Shown: piece by piece, positions 21,500 through 34,955 of the stretch
How the letters are laid out: every line of letters begins with the position of its first letter
How positions within the stretch are numbered: the stretch's first letter is position 1
NCBI GenBank assembly: GCA_030390025.1
Contig: JASTWF010000080.1
Coordinates: 124,001 to 188,000, forward strand
Length of the DNA: 64,000 bases
Direction: 5' to 3'
Source of the DNA: Squalus acanthias
Lineage: Eukaryota
The notes under the pieces: model-generated
What the model was told of the DNA's origin: nothing
Databases searched by the model: none
Seen by the model: the letters and a program-made list of their open reading frames with translations, nothing else
Made by a program: the position numbers and the translations under genes

Positions 21500-23800
21500 T
21501 ACGCCCCAGGAGTCAGCATCACTGATGGATTTCACATCAAACTTCAAAGGGATGGGGAATAAATTGACTGCAGCAAACTGGGCTGAGCTGGTAATGAGTA
21601 AAGCTACAGATAAACAGTGGGGACGCTTCAAAAAAAGTACCGGGTACAATCCAACACCAGGACTTTCCCCGACAACGCAAAGACTCCACTTCTGTAGTTA
21701 GGCAACCATGGTCGACAAATGAAAGAAGTGAGAGTATCCAGGTAAAGGGAAAGGCTGACACAGTGACCAGAGATTGAGATACAGAGCACTTAGACAAGTA
21801 TCGGCTGAACAGAGAGTCAGCATGGATTTGTGAAGGGTAGGTCCTGTCTGACTAATCTAATTGAATTTTAAATTTCATGAGGAGGTCACTAACATGGTGG
21901 ATAAGGGAGTGTCGGTGGATGTTGTGTATATGGACTTTCAGAAGGCATTTGATAAGGTTCCTCACGAGAGATTATTAGCAGAAATAAAAGCTTACAGATT
22001 TGGAGCTAATCTTGTGACACGGGTTGAAAATTGGTTGGGAGGAAGGAGTCAGAGAATCGGGATAAAGGGAATGTGCTCCGATTGGCAGGATGTTCCGAGT
22101 GGTGTTCCCCAGGGATCTGTACTGAGGCCTCAGCTTTTCACCATATATATCAATGACTTGGATGAAGGAACAGGGAGTTGTATATCCAAGTTTACAGATG
22201 GCACTAAGTTAGGATGCACAGTAAAGGGACATTGACAGATTAAATGACTCAACTGCATCTGCCACAGTTTTGCCCAAGGTGGGGAAGTGTGAGATCATCC
22301 ACGCGAGATCTGAGAAAGACAGATTGGAATATTGTCTCAATGGTGACAGACCAGGAGCTGTAAAGGAGCAAAGAGATTTGGGTGTCCATGTCCACAAATC
22401 ACTAAAAGCTCGTGCCAGGGTTAAATAAAGCAATCAGAAAGGCTAACGGAATGTTGGCCTTAATCTCAAGGGGGTGAGAATAGAAAGTGAGGAAATTATG
22501 CTTCAGGTGTACAGAGCTTTGGTCAGACTACATTACATTACACAGGATTACATAGGATATACGGCACAGAAACAGGCCATTCGGCCCAACCAGTCCATGC
22601 CGGTGTTTATGCTCCACTCGAGCCTCCTCCCATCTTTCCTCATCTAAATCTATCAGCATAACCCTCTATTCCGTTCTCCTCATATGTTTGTCCAGCCTCC
22701 CCTTAAATGAATCTATACGATTCGCTTCAACCACTCCCTGTGGTAGCGAGTTTCACATTCTCACCACTCTCTGGGTAAAGAAGTTTCTTCTGAATTCCCG
22801 ATTGGATTTCTTGGTGACTATCTTATATTGATGGCCTCTATGCTCTTCCCCACAAGTGGAAACATTTTCTCTGTATCCAGTCAATCAAATCCGGTCATAA
22901 TTTTATAGACTCTATTAGGTCACCCCTCAGCCTTCTTTTTTTCAAGAGAAAAGAGACCCAGCCTGTTCATCCTTTCCTGATATGTATACCCTCGCATTTC
23001 TGGTATCATCCTTGTAAATCTTCTCTGCACCCTCTCCAGTGCCTCTATATCCTTTTTATAATATGGCGACCAGAATTGTACGCAGTACTCCAAGTGTGGT
23101 CTAACCAAGGTTCAATACAGGTTTAGCATAACTTCACTACTTTTCCATTCTATCCCTCTAGAAATAAACCCCAGTGCTTGATTTGCTTTTTTGATGGCCT
23201 TGTTAACCTGTGTCGCAACTTTTAGTGATTTGTGTATTTTACTCCGAGATCCCTTTGTTCCTCTAACCCACCTCTGGCGTACTACATTCAGTTCTGGGCA
23301 CCAAACCTCACGTAAGATATATTGGCCTTGGAGGGGGTACAGAGCAGATTCACCAGAATGATACCAGCTCAGAGGGTTACATTTTGAGGACAAAGTTGGC
23401 TTGTATTGCACTGAGTGTAGAAGGGTGAAGGGTGATCACATTGAGGTGTTTAAAATGATAAAGGGATTCGATAGGGTAGATACAGAGAAACTATTTTCAC
23501 TTGTGGTGAATCCAGAACAAAAGAGCACAATTTTACAATTAGAGCTCGGACATTTAGGAGTGAAATCAGAAAGCACTTCTTCACACAAAGGGCAGTGGAA
23601 ATCTGGAACTCTCTCCCCCAAAAGTCTGTGGGTTCAATTGAAATTTTTATGACTGAGATCGAGTGATTTTTGTTGGGTAAGGGTATCAAGGGATGTAGAG
23701 CAATGGTGGGTAAATGGAGTTGAGGTACTGATCAGTCATGATCTCATTGAATGGTGGAACAGACTCAAGGGGCCGAATGTCCTACTCCTGTTCCTATGAT
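21500..23800 (+). mobile_element. Decayed CR1 LINE (+) with a second CR1 3' end inserted antisense (about 22530-23275)
   Basis: DVVYMDFQKAFDKVPH, SGVPQGSVL, LEYCVQFWSP motifs; CR1-type 3' tails at about 23800 (+) and about 22535 (-). Confidence 0.88.
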
Positions 23801-23849
23801 CCATACATGCTCACAGAGACACACGCACACATCCAGTGCAGTTCCTTAC

Positions 23850-24128
23850 CCCACCGATAGACCTTTGCCTCTGCCAGGCTGCTGTGTTTAATTTGACAGG
23901 AGTATTGATCCTCATCCCCAGCATTCACTTCAATCTCTTTCTTGATCTGATGGGTCCCATTGTGGTTCGGTCGAACCCCCGAGGAGTGGCTCTCAGACAC
24001 TGGCTCTCCATTCCTTAGCCAGGTCACCTCGATGTCTACAGGGTAAAATCCAGTAACCAGGCAGGAGAGAGTGGGCGGTTTGTACTGAATATTGGGGTCA
24101 CTTCTGGAGATGAACACTTCGGGCTGAA
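23850..24128 (-). CDS. MHC class I-like copy B, alpha3 (IgC1) exon
   Basis: 279 bp; LSCLVTGFYPVDIEVTWLRNG...YSCQIKHSSL; gtaag donor. Confidence 0.95.
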
Positions 24129-24245
24129 CTGAGAGGGGAAAGGGAGAAAACACAAACAGTAGACAGACACCGAATGGAATGGGAGAACGGTTTCATAGAT
24201 CTGTGAAGTTAGATCAGAACATGGGATAAAAACTGAAATCAATAC

Positions 24246-24521
24246 CTTTCCTTTTGAGATACTCCTTTCCAACTCGCAAATATAAATTTAAAAGGTCAAC
24301 AAGTTCTTCTTCCAACTGCCATTTCCAATGCTTGTTCCAGGATTCATCCGAATTCCATTTTTCCATTGTCTTCACTGCAATGTCACTGGATGCGACCCAT
24401 CTCATGCTGTCTGACTCTAAACTAATATAGTCCTTTCCGTCATATCCAAACCGCATCCATCTCTTCATGGAGCCGTCGTCAGTGACATCAACAGTCCTTA
24501 TCCATTGGAAAATGTGAACTC
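24246..24521 (-). CDS. MHC class I-like copy B, alpha2 exon
   Basis: 276 bp; GVHIFQWIRTVDV...FGYDGKDYISL...KTMEKWN...LYLRVGKEYLKRK; contains no cysteines. Confidence 0.95.
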
Positions 24522-25019
24522 CTATCAGTAACCAACCAGAGATCAATAATCAATAATTAATGGGAATGTCTCTTTATAACTCAGACAGTAGTTGGGGGCA
24601 ATTTTAACCGAATCCGCCGGTTGGGAAACTGATGGTTCTACACCCGGTCCGAGGTTACACCAAATTGGAGTCAGTGGAGAGCAATCTTGGTCAGGGTGTA
24701 AATTTAGTGTTCCACCCAATCCTGTGGGTTTCCAGCCCGGTGAGTTAGGTTAGAATTAGCCCCAGTGGCTCTTTCTATCTCTCTACGGTAATGGGATGGG
24801 TTAGAGTCACAGTCTGATCAGAGGGGAAAGGGGCTGTAGAATCAGGGGGAAATGGGGGGTTAGAGTCACAGTCTGATCAGAGGGGAAAGGGGCTGTAGAA
24901 TCAGGGAGAAATGGAGGGTTAGAGTTGTTAACCCCTTCTGAACCATGACAGAATAAAAAGACAATAACAAGGTAAATTTCAGGTAAAATTCACCATTTTT
25001 ATCACATGAGGCGAAAGTT

Positions 25020-27620
25020 TAGTTTGGGATTGACACAGGGCTGTGGGGAGAGAGCGGGGATGTGGGAATAGTTTGGGATTGATCCAGGGCTATGGGGAGA
25101 GAGCGGGGCCGTGGGAATAGTTGGGGATTGATCCAGGGCTATGGGGAGAGGGCGGGGCAGTGGGATTAGTTTGGGATTGACACAGGGCTATGGGGAGAGA
25201 GTGGGGCAGTGGGATTAGTTTCGGATTGATACAGGGCTATGGGGAGAGAGCAGGGATGTGGGATCAGTTGGGATTGATACAGGGCTATGGGGAGAGTGGG
25301 CCAGTGGGATTAGTTTGGGATTGATACAGGGCTCTGAGGAGAGAGAGTGGGGCAGTGGGATTAGTTTTGGATTGATACTGGGCTATGGGGAGAGAGCGGG
25401 GCAGTGGGATTAGTTTGGGATTGATACAGGGCTATGGGGAGAGAGTGGGGCAGTGGGATTAGTTTGGGATTGATACAGGGCTATGGGGAGAGAGCAGAAA
25501 GTAGAATCAGTTGGGATTGATACAGGGCTCTGGGGAGAGAGTGGGGCAGTGGGATTAGTTGGGATTGATACAGGGCTATGGGGAGAGAGTGGGGCAGTGG
25601 GATTAGTTTGGGATTGATACAGGGCTCTGGGGAGAGAGCAGAAAGTAGAATCAGTTGGGATTGATACAGGGCTATGAGGAGAGAGCGGGGCAGTGGGATT
25701 AGTTTGGGATTGATACAGGGCTATTGGGAGAGAGTGGGCCAGTGGGATTAGTTTGGGATTTATATAGGGCTATGGGGAGAGAGCGGGCAATGGGATTAGT
25801 TTGTGATTGATACAGGGCTATGGAGAGAGTGGGCAGTGGGATTAGTTTGGGATTGATACAGGGCTATGGGGAGAGTGGGCCAGTGGGATTAGTTTGGGAT
25901 TGATACAGGGCTCTGAGGAGAGAGAGTGGGGCAGTGGGAATAGTTTTGGATTGATACAGGGTTATGGGGAGAGAGCGGGGCAGTGGGATTAGTTTTGGAT
26001 TGATACAGGGTTATGGGGAGAGAGTGGGGCAGTGGGATTAGTTTGGGATTGATACAGGGCTATGGGGAGAGAGTGGGGCAGTGGGATTAGTTTGGGATTG
26101 ATACAGGGCTATGGGGAGAGAGCAGAAAGTAGAATCAGTTGGGATTGATACAGGGCTATGAGGAGAGAGCGGGGCAGTGGGATTAGTTTGGGATTGATAC
26201 AGGGCTATGAGGAGAGAGCGGGACAGTGGGATCAGTTGGGATTGATACAGGGCTATGAGGAGAGAGCGGGACAGTGGGATCAGTTGGGATTGATACAGGG
26301 CTATGAGGAGAGAGCGGGACAGTGGGATCAGTTGGGATTGATACAGGGCTATGAGGAGAGAGCGGGGCAGTGGGATTAGTTGGGATTGATACAGGGCTAT
26401 GAGGAGAGAGCGGGGCAGTGGGATTAGTTGGGATTGATACAGGGCTATGAGGAGAGAGTGGGGCAGTGGGATTAGTTTGGGATTGATACAGGGCTATGAG
26501 GAGAGAGCGGGACAGTGGGATCAGTTGGGATTGATACAGGGCTATGAGGAGAGAGCGGGACAGTGGGATCAGTTGGGATTGATACAGGGCTATGGGGAGA
26601 GAGTGGGGCAGTGGGATTAGTTGGGTTTGATACAGGGCTATGAGGAGAGAGCGGGACAGTGGGATCAGTTGGGGTTGATACAGGGCAATGAGGAGAGAGC
26701 GGGACAGTGGGATCAGTTGGGATTGATACAGGGCTACGGGGAGAGAGTGGGACAGTGGGATTAGTTGGGTTTGATACAGGGCTATGAGGAGAGAGCGGGA
26801 CAGTGGGATCAGTTGGGATTGATACAGGGCTATGGGGAGAGAGTGGGGCAGTGGGATTAGTTGGGTTTGATACAGGGCTATGGGGAGAGAGCGGGACAGT
26901 GGGATTAATTGGGTTTGATACAGGGCTATGGGGAGAGAGTGGGGCAGTGGGATTAGTTGGGTTTGATACAGGGCTATGAGGAGAGAGCGGGACAGTGGGA
27001 TCAGTTGGGATTGACACCGGGCTATGGGGAGAGAGTGGGGCAGTGGGATCAGTTGGGTTTGATACAGGGCTATGAGGAGAGAGCGGGACAGTGGGATCAG
27101 TTGGGGTTGATACAGGGCTATGAGGAGAGAGCGGGACAGTGGGATCAGTTGGGATTGATACAGGGCTACGGGGAGAGAGTGGGACAGTGGGATTAGTTGG
27201 GTTTGATACAGGGCTATGAGGAGAGAGCGGGACAGTGGGATCAGTTGGGATTGATACAGGGCTATGGGGAGAGAGTGGGGCAGTGGGATTAGTTGGGTTT
27301 GATACAGGGCTATGGGGAGAGAGCGGGACAGTGGGATTAATTGGGTTTGATACAGGGCTATGGGGAGAGAGTGGGGCAGTGGGATTAGTTGGGTTTGATA
27401 CAGGGCTATGAGGAGAGAGCGGGACAGTGGGATCAGTTGGGATTGACACCGGGCTATGGGGAGAGAGTGGGGCAGTGGGATCAGTTGGGTTTGATACAGG
27501 GCTATGAGGAGAGAGCGGGACAGTGGGATCAGTTGGGTTTGCTCTTGCAAATGTTTGGCAGAGACACCATGGGCTGAATGGCCTCCTTCCATGCTTTAAA
27601 TATCTATGGTTCTATCTCTA
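25020..27620 (+). repeat. ~48-bp minisatellite grading into a CR1 3' end
   Basis: About 52 units of gattgatacagggctatggggagagagcggggcagtgggattagttgg, ending in gggctgaatggcctcct...tctatggttctat. Confidence 0.93.
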
Positions 27621-28056
27621 GCCACGCTCTTTCCCACATCACTTTCTACTCCATGATCACCTGGATAGTCTGCTGCTGCTTCATGTTCCTTTCTCCATCG
27701 TGGCCATCTCTCCTCCTTTTTAACATTTCTCTATTCCCCATCTCTGTCTCTCTCGCCGCTCTTCCTCCCCCTCGCTCACTCCCCATTTCCCTCTCTCCAT
27801 GTCTCTCTTTTTATCTACTCCCTCAACTTCTCTCCCTCACCATTCTCCAACATGACCCGATATCTTTTATGTCCAAATCGGGAGTGTTGAGGTCCCCAGA
27901 AAAGGAGTCCCAGGCTGTGAGGACGGGGAAGGCCGCAGAAGCAGAAAAAAAGTAGTAACTAAAAACCAGGAGCGGCCCTGGGACTGACGTGGTGCTGGTC
28001 AGGGAAGTGGGAGCAGCTGGGGTTAGAGGGCGAACAAAATGACATCAAACATAATT

Positions 28057-28823
28057 GGGCCAGAAATTCGGGTCTCCACGGGTGAGTACGCGCTGTGTAC
28101 TCACCCGTAGACCCAACGAAAGTGCCGGTTTCACACATGCACTGCGCATGCGCTGGAAACCGGAACTTCCATTCCCCTGAAGGGAGGGGTTCAGAGGTCG
28201 AACGCGTGCGCGGGAGAGGCAGCGCGCACGCAGCGAACTTCGTTTTTTTTTTTCAGGTTTCTCCGTGAGGGTAAGTACGGAGAAGCTGCACATTTAAAAA
28301 GGAGGCGCAAGGCCTGTTTTTAACAAGGTAAGTGGTGAATTAAATACAATTTAAACATTTTTTCAACAGGTTTATCTTTTTTACATACTTTAAAGAAAGG
28401 TAAGTTTATTTTTAGCACCGTTAAAAAGTATAATTAATTTTTTCAAAAATTTAAATATTTGTTTAAGGTAGTTAATTTATGTAATTTAAAGTTATTTAAA
28501 AAATGTGATGGTTTTTAAAAAATGTATTTGAAGTTTCAGTGTGGTTTTGGGGCCGATCTCTATTCATAGATTTGACAGGTCTTCCTGTCAAATCTATGAA
28601 TGAAAATTCCCTGCTAGGATTGGCTCTCCATGGCCCACGTGATCCCCGGGGGACGCTTCGAACTAACTGTGCCCCTGGGATACGCAAGCACTGCACACTG
28701 GCAGCTGCAGGAGGCCCAGGAGCCGAATTCCTTGTGGGCCCGAAGCACAACGGCAGGCGCGGTAGGTAAGTACGCGCGCGATGCTTGCAACCGCAGGAAG
28801 CCGGAGAGCCGAATTTCTGGCCC
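28057..28823. mobile_element. Harbinger-type MITE with AT-rich core
   Basis: Perfect TIR GGGCCAGAAATTCGG; internal hairpins; homologous to 48029-48794. Confidence 0.85.
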
Positions 28824-28885
28824 AATGAATTAATTCCCAATAGACAGGCATTAAACTGACGTCAGCAGGAGATGACTGATCTTAC

Positions 28886-29146
28886 CGGCTGTCTGGTTTG
28901 TCCATTTCATTATCTTATTCAGATTCTCCTTCATCACCTCGTAACGCTCCTTCCCCAGACGATTGAGATAATTCCAGTCTTCCACATTAAGAGTGTCTGT
29001 TATGAACTGTTGTCTGGAAGCCATCTGCTGAGTGTTACTGTCATAATAGGATAACGTAACTCCATTGATCATTGCCACACCTACAAACTCAGGGCAATCA
29101 GTGGTGCTGGAGATTCCCGTATAGAGCACAGTAAAGGAATTACTTT
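28886..29146 (-). CDS. MHC class I-like copy B, alpha1 exon
   Basis: 261 bp; ESNSFTVLYTGISSTTDCPEFVGVAMINGV...IMKWTNQTA; acag acceptor and gtaag donor. Confidence 0.95.
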
Positions 29147-29267
29147 CTGTCAAATAAACAATTAAAGGGGCAGGTTAATACAGATTTACACACACTACCA
29201 CCTGATCAAAGTGAAGCCCATTCACACAATGACAATCTCCAATAGGCCACCATTTCATCTCAACATC

Positions 29268-30346
29268 AGGCGACCTTTTGGATGAGCTCAAGTTTATGGA
29301 GGGTGGAAGATGGGAGGCCAACCAGGAGAGCATTGGAACAGTCGAGCCTGGTGGTGCCAAAGGCACGGTTGAGGGTTTCAGCAGCAGACGTGCTGAGGCA
29401 GGAGTGGAGACGAGAGAATTAAAAGAGGTGGAAATTGGAGGTCTTGGTGATGGAGAGGATATGAAAGAAAGACGTCAGGACGTCCCAAAGCAATTCACAG
29501 CCAATGAAGGACTTTAGAACTGTAATCATTGTCGGAAATAGGCAGCCAATTTGCACACAGCACGGTCCCACAACCCCAATGTGATAATGACCAGATAAGC
29601 TATTTTTAGTGATGTTGGTTGAGCGATAAATATTGGCTAGGACACCAGGGAGAACTCACCTGTTCTTCTTCAAAATAGTGCCATGGGCTCTTTTACATCC
29701 ACCTGAGAGAGCAGACGGAGCCTCATTTAATGTCTCATCCTAAAGACAGCTCCTCCGACAGTGCCGCGCTCCCTCAGCACTGCACTGGAGTGTCAGCCTA
29801 GAACTTGTGCTCAAGTCTCTGGAGTGGAACTTGAACCCACAACCTTCTGACTCAGAGTGCTACCACTGAGCCACGGCTGACACTTTATTGGGTTGGAAGC
29901 TCGGCTCAGGGTCAAATAGGACGCCAAAGTCTGGTTCAGCCTGAGACAGTGACCAGGAAGGGGGATGGAATCGGCGGTGGGGGAACGCAGTTTGTGGCAG
30001 GGGCTGAAGACGATGGCTTCAGTTTTCCCAATTGGAGAGAACTGCAGCTCACCCAGGACTGGATATTGAACAAGCAGTCTGATAAATCAGAGATGGTGAA
30101 GGGGTTAAGAGAGGTGGTGGTGAGGTAGAGCTGGATGTCATCAGCGGACATGTGGAAACTGACGCTGTGTTTTCGGGTGATGTCATAAAGGGGCAGCATG
30201 TAGATGAGAAACAAGAGGGGGGTCAAGGATAAATCTTTGGGGGACACCAGAGGTAACGATACGGGAGCGGGAAGAGAAGCCGTTGCAGGTGATTCTCTGA
30301 CTATAACTGGATAGATAAGAATGGAAGCATGTGAGGACACTCCCAT
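29268..30346 (-). mobile_element. L2 LINE fragment interrupted by a SINE
   Basis: PLLFLIYMLPL...FHMSADDIQLY; homologous to the L2 at 51840-53000. Confidence 0.8.
29462..29885 (-). mobile_element. DeuSINE (SacSINE1-like)
   Basis: tRNA-like head, Deu-domain ccagtgcagtgctgagggagcgcggcactgtcggagg, L2-like tail; homologous to 49967-50436. Confidence 0.8.
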
Positions 30347-30356
30347 GTAAGATTAT

Positions 30357-31366
30357 AAGAACATATATGAGAACATAAGACTTAGGAGCAGGAGTAGGTC
30401 ATTCGGCCCCTCGAGCCTGCTCCGCCATTCAATAAGATCATGGCTGATCTGATCTTGGCCTCAACGCCACTTCCCTGCCCGCGCCTCATAACCCTTGACT
30501 CCCTTACCTTTCAAAAATCTGTCTATCTCCACCTTAAATGACCCAGCCTCCACAACTCTCTGGGAAGAGAATTCCAAAGATTCACGACCCTCTGAGAGAA
30601 GAAATTCCTTCTCATCTCCGTTTTAAATGGGTGCCCCCTTATTCTGAAATTATGCCCCCTAGTTCTAGATTCCCCCACAAGGGGAAACATCCTCTACTGC
30701 ATCTACCCTGTCAAGCCCCTTCAGAATCTTATATGTTTCAAAAAGATCCCCTCTCATTCTTCTAAACTCCAATGAGTATAGGCCCAACCTGCTCAACCTT
30801 TCTTCATAAGATAACCCCTTCATCTCCGGAATCAACCTCGTGAACCTTCTCTGAACTGCCTCCAATGCAAGTATATCCTTCCTTAAATAAGGAGACCAAA
30901 ACTGTATGCAGTGCTCCAGGTGTGGTCCCACCAACGCCCTGTACAGTTGTAACAGGACTTCCCTACTTTTATACTCCATCCCCCTTGCAATAAAGGCCAA
31001 CAGTCCATTTGCCTTCCATTTACTTGCTGTACCTGCATGCTAACTTTCTGTGATTCATGTACAAGGACCCCCAGATCCCTCTGTACCTCAGCATTTTGTA
31101 ATCTCTCCCCATTTAAATAATAATTTGCTTTTTTATTTTTCCCACCAAAGTGGATAACCTCGCATTTTCCCACATTAAACGCCATCTGCCAGATTTTTGC
31201 CCACTCACGTAGCCCATCTATATCCCTTTGGAGATTCTTTGTGTCCTCCACACAATTTGCTTTCACACCTATCTTTGTATCGTCAGCAAATTTGGCAACA
31301 GTACACTCAGTACCTTCATCCAAGTCATTAATATAGATTGTAATTGGTTGAGGCCCCAGCACTGAT
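30357..31366 (-). mobile_element. CR1 LINE 3' portion
   Basis: KFADDTKIG, LYRALVGPHLEHCIQFWSP; 3' tail near 30360. Confidence 0.9.
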
Positions 31367-32431
31367 CCAAAGTTTTCTTGATTCAGGAACCATTCTTCTA
31401 GATTGGAAAATTACGCAGGTCACGCCGCTATTTAAGAATGGTGAAAGAGGGAAACCAGGGAATTATAGACCAGTTAGCCTAACATCTGTTGTCGGGAAAT
31501 TACTAGAGTCTATGATTAAGGATTGGGTGACTGAAAATGTTAAACATTTTCAGCTGATCAGAGAGAGATTTGTAAAGGGTAGGTCATGCCTGATGAACCT
31601 GATTGAATTTTTTGAAGAGGTGATTAAAGTAGGTGGACAGGGGATTGTCAATGGATGTTACTTATATGGACTGCACAGAGTGATCTTAAACGGAGTGCAC
31701 TTAAACAGAGTGTTAAACTTGGGAATTTGGAGAGAGTGGGAATTCGAAGCAGAGGTGGTTGGAGGTGTTGCTTTTGCCTCCACAGGACAGCAGGTAGGTG
31801 ATTGGTTGGTGAGTGTTACAATGTTTTTTTTCTCTAAGCTAGGCAGTGGTTTAAACTAAGAACTGGGGAAGTATAACTAATATTTTATTAAATTAATGAC
31901 TTAACTAGATAAACTAATTCATTAGTATAACTATAAATAATCATTTGAATAAAAACTTTAACTAATTAAATTAATTCAGGCTATCAATTAGCAAATAAAT
32001 AAAAAAGACTAAAGATAGCAGAGCAGGCTATGTGTCAGGACTGTAGTATGTGGGAGTTTGTGGAGAGCGAGACTGTCCCGGATTCTCACATCTGCATGAA
32101 CTGTCGCTGCCTTCAGTCACTCCGGCTCAGAGTCATTGAGCTGGAGTACGAGTTAGAGAGACTCCGGAACATAAGGGAGGGGGAGGAATTTCTGTATAGC
32201 TTTATCCAGAAAACAGTCACACCCCAGAGGAAAGCACAGGTTCAGGAAAGGGAGGGTGTGACTGTTAGAGAGCCGGGTAGTGAGGACTTAGGAGAGGTTG
32301 AGAAGGAGGTCCCGCAGACACTGGTCCTGTCCAACAGGTACGATGTACTCGATACCTGTGAGGACAAGGAGAAAGACTGCGGGGAGGACAGCCACAATGC
32401 AGACCAAGGCACCGTGGCTCAGAAGGCTGTC

Positions 32432-32463
<32 letters not shown>

Positions 32464-34955
32464 CGGGGGCGGAGAAAAGAAGTGTGGTAGTGATAGAGGA
32501 CTCTATAATTAGGGGGACAGATAGCGTCCTCTGCAGCCACGAATGAGAATCCTGAAGGGTGTGTTGCCTACCCGATGCCAGAGTAAGGGATATCTTGAGG
32601 CGGCTGGAGAGGAATATGGAAAGGGAGGGGGTAAATCCAGTTGTTGTGGTCCATGTTAGAACAAACGACATATGTAGGAACAGGGAGGAGGTCCTGCTGA
32701 GGGAATATCAGGAGCTAGGAGCGAAGTTAAAAAGCAGGACTTCGAGGGTAATAATCTCTGGATTATTGCCCGAGCCATGTGCAAATTGGCATAGAAACAG
32801 TCAGATCAGGAGAATTAACAGGTGGCTAAAGGGCTGGTGTGGGAAAGAGGGGTTCCTTTTCATGGGACACTGGCACCAGTACTGGGACAGGAATGAGCTG
32901 TACCAATGGGATGGGCTCCACCTGAACCGGGATGGGACCCGTGTCCTAGCGGAAAGGGTAAATTGGGAGGTGGCAAAGGCTTTAAACTAGTAAGACTGGG
33001 GGGAGGGATCTACAAAAAATGAAACTAGCCTAAATATAAACAAGACAGGAAAGGAGAGCATAAGAAAGAGTAAAGCAAGGGAGAACATTGATGGCCAGGG
33101 AATAAATCAAGTTATAGAACAGGAGTCTAAAAAGATTGTTAACAATAAAGTGAGAGGAACTGCTATTAAAAATGAGTTAAACTGTTCATACAGCAATGCA
33201 CACAGTGTCTGTAATAAAACAGGGGAACTGGAGGCAATAATATGCTATGAGGAACCAGACATAGTAGGGATTACTGAGACATGGCTACAGAAAAATCAGG
33301 ACTGGGAATTAAACATTGCAGGGTATAACATATTTAGAAAAGATAGGGAGGGAAAAAGGGGGTGTGTGGAATAGCTGTATTTATTAGGGATAACATCAGG
33401 GCAGTGGAAAAAAGGGACGCAGCTAAAAGCAGGACAAAATTAGAATCCATGTGGATTGAGATAAAAGATAATAAAGGATCAAACACACTAATAGGGGTAG
33501 TCTACAGACCACCTAATAGAGGAAGGGAGGTGGAGGAAGAAATATGCAAACAAATCAGGGAAATGAGTAAAAAACATTGAATAATAATCATGGGGGATTT
33601 CAACTACCCCAATATTAATTGGCCAGAAGAGCTGGTAAAGGGGATAAGGGAATGGAGTTCCTACAATGTCGACAGGACTTCTTTCTAACCCAATATGTAA
33701 GAAGCCCAACAAGGGAGGATTCACTATTGGATCTAGTTATGGGGAATGAATCAGGGCAGATAAAAGAAGTAAAAGTAGGGGAACATCTAGGCAATAGTGA
33801 CCATAATATAATACGCTTTAAGATAATAATTGAGAAGGACATAAGAATGATGAAGACCAAGGTAATAGATTGAAGAAAGGCCGATTTTGCAGGGCTGAGA
33901 ATAGATCTTGGAAAAATAAAATGGACAACAATATTGGCAAACAATGGCATAGAACAGCAGTGGGAAATATTTAAAATGGTGTCCAACAGAGACGGGAAAA
34001 ATATATTCCACTAAAAAACAAGAACAAGCTAAACACTAATGAGACACCATGGATGAATAAAGACATAAGGAAAAAATTGAGCGTAAGGAAAGAGGCATAC
34101 ATTAAGTACATGGACAGCAGGGGAGAGTATGATAAGGGAGAATATGAAGAGATTAGGAGAGAAGTAAAAAAAAAACAATTAGAAAGGCAAAATGGAACTA
34201 TGAAATTAAATTATCAAGGAACATAAAACAAAATAGTAAAATATTTTGCAGGCACAGAAATAAAAATAGGAAAGTTGGGATGGTAATTGGGCCACAAAGG
34301 GATGGACAGGATAATATCACAGGTAGCTATAGAGAGATGGCAGAAATATTAAATAATTACTTTGCTTCAGTATTTACCAGGGAGACAGAACAGGTGGACA
34401 TGACATCGGATGATGAGATTAGAAATGAGATAAGTACACTTAAAATGAAAAGAGATATATTAAATAAACTATTCAAACTCAAACCTCTGGTCCGGACGGA
34501 TTACATCCAGGCATGTTAAAAGAATCTAGGGAAGAGATAGCAGAGGCTTTACTACACATATTTAATAATTCATTAGAACAAAGTGTCGTGCCAGAGGACT
34601 GATGGATAGCTAACATAATATCTATATTTAAGAAGGGGGATAGAACATGTCCAGGGAATTATAGACCAGTCAGCTTAACATCGGTGGTAGGAAAAATAAT
34701 GGAATCCCTACTAAAGGAGAGAATAGAAGAACATCTACAAACCAAAAATGTAATGATGAATAGTCAGCATGGATTTCAAAAGGAAAATTCTTGCTTGACC
34801 AACCTCATTGAATTTATTGGAGAGGTAACAGAGAGAGTAGACAAGGGTAATGTAGTAGATGTAATTTATCTAGATTTTCAAAAGGTCTTAGATAGGGTAC
34901 CATACAATAGACTAATGAATAAGGTCCAAGCATTCGGAGTCAGAATGGATATCTA

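Noticed and set aside
25020-27592. CRISPR-like regular array and 469-aa ORF
   Set aside because: Head-to-tail units with no unique spacers, eukaryotic context, no cas genes
32433-32470. Poly-Gly tract in CR1 ORF1
   Set aside because: Homopolymer slippage or assembly uncertainty in a dead element
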